Assembly (NCBI GenBank): GCA_045643205.1
Contig: JAZUKI010000004.1
Coordinates: 1-64,000, forward strand
Reading direction: 5' to 3'
Source of the DNA: Clostridia bacterium
GTDB taxonomy: Bacteria > Bacillota > Clostridia > TANB77 > CAG-508
Length of the DNA: 64,000 bases
Shown: positions 50,152-58,809 of the stretch, in pieces
How the letters are laid out: each line of letters opens with the position of its first letter
Numbering within the stretch: the first letter of the stretch is position 1
Translations under genes and position numbers: made by a program
The notes under the pieces: generated by a model
Database searches by the model: none
Told to the model about the DNA's origin: nothing
What the model saw: the letters and a program-made list of their open reading frames with translations, nothing else

Positions 50152-51543
50152 ATGAAAAAGAAAGTTTTATTTAGTCTATTATTTGTTTTATTATTTTTAG
50201 TAATGATGCAATTAAATAGTTATGCTACAAGTATTCCAAAAGTAAGTATTGAAGGCAATATTTCTAATATGCAAAGTAAATCAGATGTTAGAAATGTAAA
50301 AATAAAATATGAAAGCGATGAGATAAATTTTGAAGCTTATACAGAAATTAAAATTCAAGGAAATACTAGTTTATCTTTCGAAAAGAAAAATTACACTATT
50401 AAATTATTTAAAGATAATGAACATAAAGAAAAAAATAAAGTTCAAGTAAAAGAAGAATGGGGAAAACAAAGTAAATATTGCTTAAAAGCTAACTGGGTAG
50501 ATGATGTTACGCAAGCTAGAAATATTGTTTCAGCAAGAATAGCAGCTAAAGTTAATGAAAGATATAACGTTTTTACTAATACACCACATAATGGAACTAT
50601 AGATGGTTTTCCAATTGAAATTTATAATAATGGAAACTTTTTAGGAGTATATACATGGAATATTCCTAAAGATGATTGGCTTTGGAATTTAGATGATGAG
50701 GATGAAAATCAATATGCAATTGAAACAGAAGAATATACAAAAGCATCATCTTTTAAAGAAAATATAACAAAATTTGATGAAAATGTTTTTGATGTAGAAG
50801 CAGGAACTAAAAGTGATAAAGCATTAAAACATATTCAAGATACAATTACATTTGTAAAAGATAGTACTGATGAAGAATTTAAAGAAAACTTTGAAAAGTA
50901 TTTTAATTTTGATGCTACAGTAGATTACATTTTATGTTGTTATTATTTTGGAGCCTATGATAATCTTGAAAAAAACATGTTATTAGTATCATATGATGGT
51001 CAAAAGTTTATACCATCACTATATGACTTAGATACAACTTTTGGTACAAAGTATGATGGATCAGAGAAAGTAAGCTATGATACTAATTTTGATAAAGATA
51101 ATTCATTATTATGGTACAAATTAATTAAGAATTTTCCAAATGAAATTGCTCAAAGGTGGTTTGATTTAAGAAAAGATATATTTACAAAAGAAGCAACAAT
51201 GAAGGAATTTTATGATTTTTATAATTCAATTCCGGAAGAAACATGGCAAAGAGAGAAAGAAAAATGGGGAGAAGATAAGCTTCCTGGATTTGGATTAGAT
51301 CAAATTGAAGAGTTCTTAGACTTTAGAATTAAATTTGTAGATGATATAATGGATGAAAAATTTACTCCGGAATACAAAGAAAAATTAGAAGAAGAAAAGA
51401 AACAAGAACTTCAAAGAATTAAAAGCGAAGAAGAAATAGAAAGCTTCAATAAAAAAATAATACCTGCATTTGCAATAATTGCAGTAATAATAGTAGTATT
51501 AATAATTGCCAAAATAGTAATACAAATTAAGAGAAGAAAATAA
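50152..51543 (+). CDS. CotH-family kinase with signal peptide and C-terminal membrane anchor
   Basis: KIQG.TS...KKNY.IK, LKAN..D, NG.FLG.Y, DN..KN, YDLD.TFG. Confidence 0.8.
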   Translation: MKKKVLFSLLFVLLFLVMMQLNSYATSIPKVSIEGNISNMQSKSDVRNVKIKYESDEINFEAYTEIKIQGNTSLSFEKKNYTIKLFKDNEHKEKNKVQVKEEWGKQSKYCLKANWVDDVTQARNIVSARIAAKVNERYNVFTNTPHNGTIDGFPIEIYNNGNFLGVYTWNIPKDDWLWNLDDEDENQYAIETEEYTKASSFKENITKFDENVFDVEAGTKSDKALKHIQDTITFVKDSTDEEFKENFEKYFNFDATVDYILCCYYFGAYDNLEKNMLLVSYDGQKFIPSLYDLDTTFGTKYDGSEKVSYDTNFDKDNSLLWYKLIKNFPNEIAQRWFDLRKDIFTKEATMKEFYDFYNSIPEETWQREKEKWGEDKLPGFGLDQIEEFLDFRIKFVDDIMDEKFTPEYKEKLEEEKKQELQRIKSEEEIESFNKKIIPAFAIIAVIIVVLIIAKIVIQIKRRK

Positions 51544-51628
51544 AACACAAACAACAAGAAAAAATAAGAATTAAAATAAAAACAGAAGAAAATAAAAATA
51601 GAAAAAAATAAAGCAAAAGGGAATATAC

Positions 51629-53026
51629 ATGAAAAGAAAAGTGTTTACAATAATTAAAAGCATAATTAAATATATTTCTATATTCATTGCATTAATTGCT
51701 TGCTACAATGGATTAATGTATGCAGTTTGCAAAATTCCATCTAGCATGATGAAATCAACAGTAGAAAAGTCTGCTGAGATATTGAGAGGGCAAGGCATAC
51801 GATATAGATTTGCTTTTTATGCATATAATGATAATGAAACAGATGCATTAATGGTTAATAATGCTTATTCTATAGATAGTGAGAAACCATTTGATTCTTA
51901 TATGTGGGCAAGAAAAAATTATAATCCTGAAATAACCAAAGAAGTACAAGATGAAACTCAAGGTGAATTAATTTCTTATGATAAAACAGATACAATAGTT
52001 GAAGATTATAATGCACCAAATGAATTATATGATTTCTTAGAAGGAAAAATAACTCACTCAATCTCATATCAAAGATATTGGCATGGATATTTAATAGTTT
52101 TGAGATTATTACTATTAGTATTTAACGTTACAGAATTAAGAGTAGTAAGACTATTAGTATTAGGAGGAATTTTATACTTTTTCTTAAAACAATTAAAAAG
52201 AAATTTTGGATTCAAAGCAGTATTTGGAATGCTAGCAATAATTTTGTTATATGAATTTTATAGTATTCCAGCAACATTAGCAACTTATCCAGTTGTTCTT
52301 ATTACTATACTTTTCTCAATGTTCTTATTAAGAAAAGTAGGAAAGAATGGAAAAGCAATTCATTTTGAAAAACTATATAAATATTTCTTTATAATTGGTT
52401 CAATAGTTAATTTTGTGGATTTCTTATCTATACCACTAATTTCATTAGGAATACCATTACTATTAGTGTTAATGAAATATAATGAAACACAAAGGCAAAA
52501 CAATGGATTGATTAACAGAAAAAAATGTGTAAAATTTGTAATAGGAGCAGCACTAATTTGGTTAACAGGTTATGCGCTAACTTGGGTAGCTAAATGGGTA
52601 ATATTCATGATTTACACAAATAACTTTGATTTATCTAACATTATTTCACAAATAGGATTTAGAATGTCACATACTATTAAGTTTGGAAACATAGGAGAAA
52701 ATGTTAATTACATATTTACTTTATCAATAGTTATAACAGCATTTTCTATTGCAATATCACTATTAAGAAATAAAAAAATAAAAACAATGAAAGAAATAAT
52801 TAATGATAACTTAGCAATTATATTAGTAGGATTATTTCCAATAATTTGGGTAACAGTACTATTAAATCATTCAGCTTTTCACTATTTTTTCACTTACAGA
52901 GTATCAATGGTTACAGCTCTTGCAGGAGAAATGGTAGCAATGTATATGGTTAAACCAATAAAAAAAGAAAAGAAGCAAAAAAGAGTAAAATCACTTTTAC
53001 CAAAATGGCTTAAGGCAAAAAACTAG
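51629..53026 (+). CDS. polytopic membrane protein, possible GT-C-fold enzyme
   Basis: Large first external loop with TD.LM, Y.RYWHGY, DFL..P, W..KW, NHS..H..FTYR. Confidence 0.55.
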   Translation: MKRKVFTIIKSIIKYISIFIALIACYNGLMYAVCKIPSSMMKSTVEKSAEILRGQGIRYRFAFYAYNDNETDALMVNNAYSIDSEKPFDSYMWARKNYNPEITKEVQDETQGELISYDKTDTIVEDYNAPNELYDFLEGKITHSISYQRYWHGYLIVLRLLLLVFNVTELRVVRLLVLGGILYFFLKQLKRNFGFKAVFGMLAIILLYEFYSIPATLATYPVVLITILFSMFLLRKVGKNGKAIHFEKLYKYFFIIGSIVNFVDFLSIPLISLGIPLLLVLMKYNETQRQNNGLINRKKCVKFVIGAALIWLTGYALTWVAKWVIFMIYTNNFDLSNIISQIGFRMSHTIKFGNIGENVNYIFTLSIVITAFSIAISLLRNKKIKTMKEIINDNLAIILVGLFPIIWVTVLLNHSAFHYFFTYRVSMVTALAGEMVAMYMVKPIKKEKKQKRVKSLLPKWLKAKN

Positions 53027-53138
53027 AAATATAGTATGTTGAAACACACTTACATGCACTTTTACATAAATTAATAATTTGGAAAATAGGATATGAAGTG
53101 ATATAATACGTTAGAAGGAAGTAGACAGGAGAAATAAT

Positions 53139-54932
53139 ATGATTTTTACTAAAAAGCAAATTGAAGATACAAGGGATAGTAAAAAACCTGACTTAAGAAT
53201 ATATACATCTAGAAAAATTAAAAACTATAGAGAATTAGTTAGCTATAGTGCAGAAAACTATGCCGATCATATTGCTTACAAATATAAAAATAATCCAAAT
53301 GACAAAATGATTATTGAAAAAACCTATGAACAAGCTGGCAATGATATTAAAACATTTGCAACAGCTTTATTAAGCAAGAAAATCAAGTCAAAAAAAGTAG
53401 CTGTCATTGGAAAAAATAGATATGAATGGTGCATGACTTATTTAGCAGTTACAACTGCCGGAATGGTTATTTGTCCACTTGATCGAATGCTTCCAGAAAA
53501 TGAAATTAAAAACCTAATAAAGAGAAGTGAAGCTGAAATAGTAGTTTGTGACAAACAATTTGTAGAAATATTCAAACAAATAAAAGCAACTAAAGGTAGC
53601 AATTTAAAGAATATAATATGCTTTGATGAATTGGAAAATTATGATAAAGATGTTGAATATTGGTATGATTTAAGAGATGAAGGCTTTAAATTACGTTATG
53701 AAGGAAATGATGAATATGATAAAGTTGAAATAGATGAAGATAATATGTCAATTTTATTATTTACATCAGGAACAACATCAGAGGCAAAAGGAGTTATGCT
53801 TTCTCAAAAGAATGTTTGCACTAATATTGAAGATATGGCTTCATTTTCTAAATTGTATGATACAGACGTAATCTTATCAGTATTACCATTACATCACACT
53901 TTTGAATGTACAATATCATTCTTATATGGTTTTTATAGTGGAGTTTGTGTAGCATTTTGTGATGGACTTAGATATTATGCAAAGAATCTTAAAGAATATG
54001 AAGCAACAGTTATAGTGGCAGTTCCTGTATTATTAGAAACTATGTATAAGAAAATAAAAAAAGGCATAAAAGAATCTGGAAAGGAAAAAACTTTCCAAAG
54101 AGGAATCAAAATTTCTAAATTTTTATTAAAATTTCACATAGATATTAGAAAGAAATTATTTAAACAAGTACTTGAATCATTAGGTGGCAAAGTTAGAATT
54201 CTATATTATGGTGCTGCCCAAATGGAAAAAGATACAATAAATGGATATTTTAATTTAGGAATTAATTCTGTTCAAGGCTATGGTTTAACAGAAACATCAC
54301 CAATTTTAACTGCAGAAACAGATAAATTACACAAATTAGGAACAGTTGGACAATGTTTACCATCACTTGAAATGAAAATTATTGATAAAAATGAAGAAGG
54401 CATAGGCGAAGTTTGTGCAAAAGGCGCAAGTATAATGCTTGGATATTATAAGAATGAAAGCAAAACAAAAGAAGCTTTTGATGAAGATGGTTATTTTAAA
54501 ACAGGTGACTATGGATATTTTGATAAAGCAGGTTTCTTACATTTAACTGGAAGAAAAAATGATATCATTGTTTTAAGAAATGGAAAAAATATATATCCAG
54601 ATGAAATCGAAGGATTAATTAATAAAATACCATATGTAAATGAAAGCCTTGTTTTTGCTAGAAATGAAAAGAAGACAGATACTTTATTAGCAGCTAAAAT
54701 TGTTTATGATCCAGACGAATTAAAAAGAGTTCATGAAGGAATTGATTTAGAAAATCAAAAAGAATTAAAGAAAATAGTTATGGAAGATATTAAAAATGAT
54801 GTAGATACAAAATTATCAACATTTAAACATGTTAAGAGAGTAATTTTAACTACTGAGCCTATGGAAAAAACAACAACACAAAAAATAAAGAGAAATCTTG
54901 AATTAAAGAAATTAGAAGATACTAAAATATAA
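53139..54932 (+). CDS. long-chain-fatty-acid--CoA ligase (AMP-binding)
   Basis: FTSGTT..AKGVMLS, LPLHH.FE, QGYGLTETSP, FKTGD, GRK..I...NGKNIYP.EIE, TTTQKIKR. Confidence 0.92.
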   Translation: MIFTKKQIEDTRDSKKPDLRIYTSRKIKNYRELVSYSAENYADHIAYKYKNNPNDKMIIEKTYEQAGNDIKTFATALLSKKIKSKKVAVIGKNRYEWCMTYLAVTTAGMVICPLDRMLPENEIKNLIKRSEAEIVVCDKQFVEIFKQIKATKGSNLKNIICFDELENYDKDVEYWYDLRDEGFKLRYEGNDEYDKVEIDEDNMSILLFTSGTTSEAKGVMLSQKNVCTNIEDMASFSKLYDTDVILSVLPLHHTFECTISFLYGFYSGVCVAFCDGLRYYAKNLKEYEATVIVAVPVLLETMYKKIKKGIKESGKEKTFQRGIKISKFLLKFHIDIRKKLFKQVLESLGGKVRILYYGAAQMEKDTINGYFNLGINSVQGYGLTETSPILTAETDKLHKLGTVGQCLPSLEMKIIDKNEEGIGEVCAKGASIMLGYYKNESKTKEAFDEDGYFKTGDYGYFDKAGFLHLTGRKNDIIVLRNGKNIYPDEIEGLINKIPYVNESLVFARNEKKTDTLLAAKIVYDPDELKRVHEGIDLENQKELKKIVMEDIKNDVDTKLSTFKHVKRVILTTEPMEKTTTQKIKRNLELKKLEDTKI

Positions 54933-54971
54933 TTTAAAAAATTAAAATTTTACTAAAGAAAAAGGAGAAGT

Positions 54972-56264
54972 TTGTTGACCGCAGAAGAAAAGAAAATCTT
55001 AAATGAAAAAAGAACTGCGATGAATCGTAAAAATAATATTAAGTTATATCCAATATATAAAGCTTTTGGATTTGATACTTGGTTTTATTTTGCAATTAGT
55101 GTCAGTTACTATATTCATAAAGGATTGACCTCATCTGAAATTATGATGAGGACTGCATTTTTTGCATTGTTTTCAATCTTATTTCAACCTATTGCAAATT
55201 TATGCACAGAAAAATTCGGAAAGCGAAACACAATAATTATAGGAAATATTATTGTTATAATTTCTATGATTGTTTTGATTCTTGCACAACATTTTTGGTC
55301 AGTAATAGTTTTTGTATTACTAAATGCATTAGGTTTTGATATGAAATATATTGCAGAAGCAAACTTGTTATACGATTCATTTGCAGAAGGACAGCATAGA
55401 CATGAAGCATATGCTAGAATAGAGCAAAAAGGGTATACTGCTTACTGTGTATTTCAAGCACTTTCATCAATTGCGGCAGGTTTCTTATTTAATATAAATC
55501 CAGATTTGCCAATATATTGTGGATTAATAGTTACTGTAATAGCGACATTAATATCATTTAGCTTTGTTGAAATTTTACCACTAGATAAAAAGCCAGTGGA
55601 GGAAACGAAAAAATATTTTAAAGTTTTATTTAAAAAATATAAAAAAATTAATAAATCAAATCGACTTAGAGCATTGCTTATAATTACTGGAATAGGATTT
55701 GGTTTAACATACATATCTGAAGGATATGAGCTTCAATTATTTGATAAGATTGAAATAAATACAACAATTGTCGGTATATTATATGCTGTAATGATAGCAA
55801 TGCGTGGCATAGGAGCGAAAGCAGCTAATGCTATAAATAGAAAATTTAAGAACAAAACACTCACATACATTTTACAAGCATATGTTATAAACTTCTTTTT
55901 AGGCGGTATTATTGCATTAATAAGTATACCAATTGAAATTAAGGTTGCTTTGTTAGGAATTTTATACGCATTCTATTCAATTAATGATGGAGCACAACAT
56001 GTTTTAGAGCGAAGATACTTATTTAGCTTTTCTAATGATAATGTAGAAAATTCAATTTCATCAATAAAGTCAATTACAGATAATATTATAAAAATGATAA
56101 TGTCATTTATTGCATCAGGGGTTTTAATTATTGTAGATATTAGATATGCATTTTTAATAATGGGTGTAGTAGCGATAATATTAATATTTATAGGTTCATC
56201 ATATGCAAAAAATAGATTAGGACTACAGCCAGAAGAATATACTAAAAAAGATAAATACGAATAA
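54972..56264 (+). CDS. MFS transporter
   Basis: About 12 TMs, motif-A-like EKFGKR; TTG start after AGGAG. Confidence 0.8.
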   Translation: MLTAEEKKILNEKRTAMNRKNNIKLYPIYKAFGFDTWFYFAISVSYYIHKGLTSSEIMMRTAFFALFSILFQPIANLCTEKFGKRNTIIIGNIIVIISMIVLILAQHFWSVIVFVLLNALGFDMKYIAEANLLYDSFAEGQHRHEAYARIEQKGYTAYCVFQALSSIAAGFLFNINPDLPIYCGLIVTVIATLISFSFVEILPLDKKPVEETKKYFKVLFKKYKKINKSNRLRALLIITGIGFGLTYISEGYELQLFDKIEINTTIVGILYAVMIAMRGIGAKAANAINRKFKNKTLTYILQAYVINFFLGGIIALISIPIEIKVALLGILYAFYSINDGAQHVLERRYLFSFSNDNVENSISSIKSITDNIIKMIMSFIASGVLIIVDIRYAFLIMGVVAIILIFIGSSYAKNRLGLQPEEYTKKDKYE

Positions 56265-56289
56265 TCTTATAATATAGAATAGAGGAATC

Positions 56290-56739
56290 ATGAGAGCAGT
56301 AGTGCAAAGAGTTTCACATGCACAAGTGAAAGTTAATGATAAAGTAGTTGGAAAAATTCAAAAAGGATATTTAGTTTTATTAGGGATAAAAGAAGGCGAT
56401 ACAACCAAGGAAGCAGATTTCTTAGCTAAAAAATTAATTAATTTAAGAATTTTTGAAGATGAAAATGATAAAATGAATTTATCGATAAATGATGTTGGAG
56501 GAGAGATGTTAATTGTTTCTCAATTTACTTTATATGGAGATGCATCTCATGGAAACAGACCATCATTTATAGAAGCAGCTAGACCTGAAAAAGCGAATGA
56601 ATTATATGAATATTTATGCCAAAAAGTTAATGAAGAAGTCCATGTTGAAAAAGGGATTTTTCAAGCCGAAATGAAGGTAGAACTTCTAAATGATGGACCC
56701 GTTACAATATTGATAGAAAAAGATCCTGAAAACGTGTGA
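56290..56739 (+). CDS. dtd: D-aminoacyl-tRNA deacylase
   Basis: MRAVVQRV, LRIFED, VSQFTL, GNRPSF, NDGPVT. Confidence 0.97.
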   Translation: MRAVVQRVSHAQVKVNDKVVGKIQKGYLVLLGIKEGDTTKEADFLAKKLINLRIFEDENDKMNLSINDVGGEMLIVSQFTLYGDASHGNRPSFIEAARPEKANELYEYLCQKVNEEVHVEKGIFQAEMKVELLNDGPVTILIEKDPENV

Positions 56740-56833
56740 CAGAGCAAACCACAATGCTCAAAACAGCATTTAAAGCATTGAAAATACTGACTTTTAGGAA
56801 CAAAGATACATAGCACCAAAAACGCTAAAAATA

Positions 56834-56862
56834 TGGACAAAATTGGTAAAATATGTTATAAT
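56834..56862 (+). promoter_or_regulatory. sigma-A-type promoter of the antitoxin-fic operon
   Basis: TGGACA-17 nt-TATAAT with extended TG. Confidence 0.7.
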
Positions 56863-56892
56863 TATGGTGTGTTGATTTTTTAGGAGGTTGCT

Positions 56893-57069
56893 ATGAATAA
56901 CGAAGAAAAATTTAAATTTGATATCGCTAATTTAAAAACTGATTTTGCCGTTGAAAACATGGCAATCACTAGCGATGATATCAATATGTTAAGAAAATTA
57001 AATAATAATGAAATTACAATGAATGAAACAATAAACAATATTAAAAAGACGTATATTCAAGGAGTTTAA
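56893..57069 (+). CDS. VbhA-like antitoxin, 58 aa (not in the ORF track)
   Basis: AGGAGG RBS; MNNEEKFKFDIANLKTDFAVENMAITSDDINMLRKLNNNEITMNETINNIKKTYIQGV; xFAVEN resembles the (S/T)xxxE(G/N) inhibitory motif; ends 1 nt before fic. Confidence 0.8.
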   Translation: MNNEEKFKFDIANLKTDFAVENMAITSDDINMLRKLNNNEITMNETINNIKKTYIQGV

Positions 57070-57070
57070 T

Positions 57071-57673
57071 ATGGCAGATGATTTATACGAAGCAAGAAAT
57101 TCTATTTACTGTTATCCAAATTCTGATGTTTTAATAAATAAGTTAAACATTAAAGATAATCAGGTATTGCATGAAGCGGAAAGAAAGATTGTTCTAACAA
57201 AGTCTTATGAACTTAGGAAAAACAGCCAAATAGGTAACTTCGATTTAAATCATTTTTTAGAAATTCATAAATTTTTATTTGAAGATATATATCCTTTTGC
57301 TGGAAAGTTCAGAAATGAAAACATAGCAAAAGGATATTTTTCTTTTGCTGAATGGCAATATATTGAACCTGAAATAAAAAGACTGTTTGACAAATTAAAA
57401 GAAGAGGATTATTTACAAGGAAAATCTAGAGAAGAGTTAGTAAAAGGATTAGCTTATTATTTAAGTGAACTTAATGTTTTACATCCATTTAGAGAAGGTA
57501 ATGGAAGAACAATTAGAGAGTTTATAAGAGAATTAGCCTTTTACAATGGATACATATTAGATTTGCAAAACACTACTTCTGATGAACTACTAAAAGCAAG
57601 CATTGATTCAATCGCTGACACAAAAGAATTAGAAGAAACATTAAATAGATGCCTAATTAAAACAGATTTTTAA
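57071..57673 (+). CDS. Fic-family AMP transferase (class I toxin)
   Basis: Y.YP...VL.NKL.I, IH..LF.DIY.FAG.FR, canonical HPFREGNGRTIR. Confidence 0.93.
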   Translation: MADDLYEARNSIYCYPNSDVLINKLNIKDNQVLHEAERKIVLTKSYELRKNSQIGNFDLNHFLEIHKFLFEDIYPFAGKFRNENIAKGYFSFAEWQYIEPEIKRLFDKLKEEDYLQGKSREELVKGLAYYLSELNVLHPFREGNGRTIREFIRELAFYNGYILDLQNTTSDELLKASIDSIADTKELEETLNRCLIKTDF

Positions 57674-57780
57674 ATAAATTTAAAATATATTACTAAGACA
57701 ATTATTAGCCCAATTTAACTATGATATTTAAATTTAGTTATGATATAATGCAAAAAACTAAAGAAGATAAAGGAATTAAT

Positions 57781-58809
57781 ATGAAAAGTGAAAACACTTT
57801 AAAAAATATTAATATTGAGAATTCAGAAACCTTAGATGTTGAGAGAAAACTTAACATATCTAAGGCTATTGCTAGTATGTTAATAGATCAAATATATGAG
57901 ATGCCATACACATACAATGAACTATTTATTAGAATTTATAATAAAGAATATAAAACTGCAGAGTTTTTAGAAACATCAAACCAAATTTATTATGATGGTA
58001 AGAACGATATAATATATTTAGATAGAACAATATTAGAACAATCAGAAGATGAATTTATTGATGAATTTTTTATTCACGAAATAATTCATGCTTTACAAAA
58101 GTTTGGCAGTAGCAACAAAAGAACAGGATTATGTTTTGATGCAGATTCGAAGCCTAAAGGTATAGGTTTGAATGAAGCAGTTATTCATTATATGTCATCA
58201 AAAGCTGTAAAAATGGTAATTGAAAGAGTTCAAGATGATAATTTAAATTATTACACAAATAACACTAAATATTATGATTATATGATTGGATTAGTAATTG
58301 AATTATTTGAATTTATTGATCCGTTGATTACATATGAAAGCTGCATTTCAAGTAATGAAAAAGTAAGCATTTTGATGAATGACATATTTGCAGAGGATGC
58401 AAATCAAATTATTTGTAATTTTGATGAATTATATAAAGAGTATCAAGATAGTAATTATCAAAACATGGCAGACATCTTTATAAAAACTCAAAAAATAATA
58501 TATAAAAGATTCTTTTCTATCAACTATAAAAAAGCAGAAGATGCAGATCAATTAAATATGGTTGTTCAAAAAATGGAAGACTTCGAAAAAGTATTAGCAA
58601 TAAGAGTTAAAGATGGAAAAGAAGTAACAGAAGATAAAGAAGAATTTGAAAATTTCAAAAATGAAATGCATAAAGAATATTTTCAAAAATACCTTGAAGT
58701 CGACAAACATCAAAAAAACACACAACTAGTTGTCGTTAAAGAAGGTTTACTTGCAAGATTTTTTAGATGGATAAAGGAAAAGTTTAATGAAAAAAATTCT
58801 ACTAATTGA
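57781..58809 (+). CDS. hypothetical protein with HEXXH zinc-peptidase motif
   Basis: FIHEIIHALQ followed by GIGLNEA; ATG 57781 after AAGGA preferred over 57721; overlaps the polA start. Confidence 0.6.
   Translation: MKSENTLKNINIENSETLDVERKLNISKAIASMLIDQIYEMPYTYNELFIRIYNKEYKTAEFLETSNQIYYDGKNDIIYLDRTILEQSEDEFIDEFFIHEIIHALQKFGSSNKRTGLCFDADSKPKGIGLNEAVIHYMSSKAVKMVIERVQDDNLNYYTNNTKYYDYMIGLVIELFEFIDPLITYESCISSNEKVSILMNDIFAEDANQIICNFDELYKEYQDSNYQNMADIFIKTQKIIYKRFFSINYKKAEDADQLNMVVQKMEDFEKVLAIRVKDGKEVTEDKEEFENFKNEMHKEYFQKYLEVDKHQKNTQLVVVKEGLLARFFRWIKEKFNEKNSTN

Noticed and set aside
56740-56830. Short inverted repeat caatgct/agcattg upstream of the Fic module as a possible mobile-element end
   Set aside because: Only 7 bp, with no matching end beyond fic, no target duplication and no transposase
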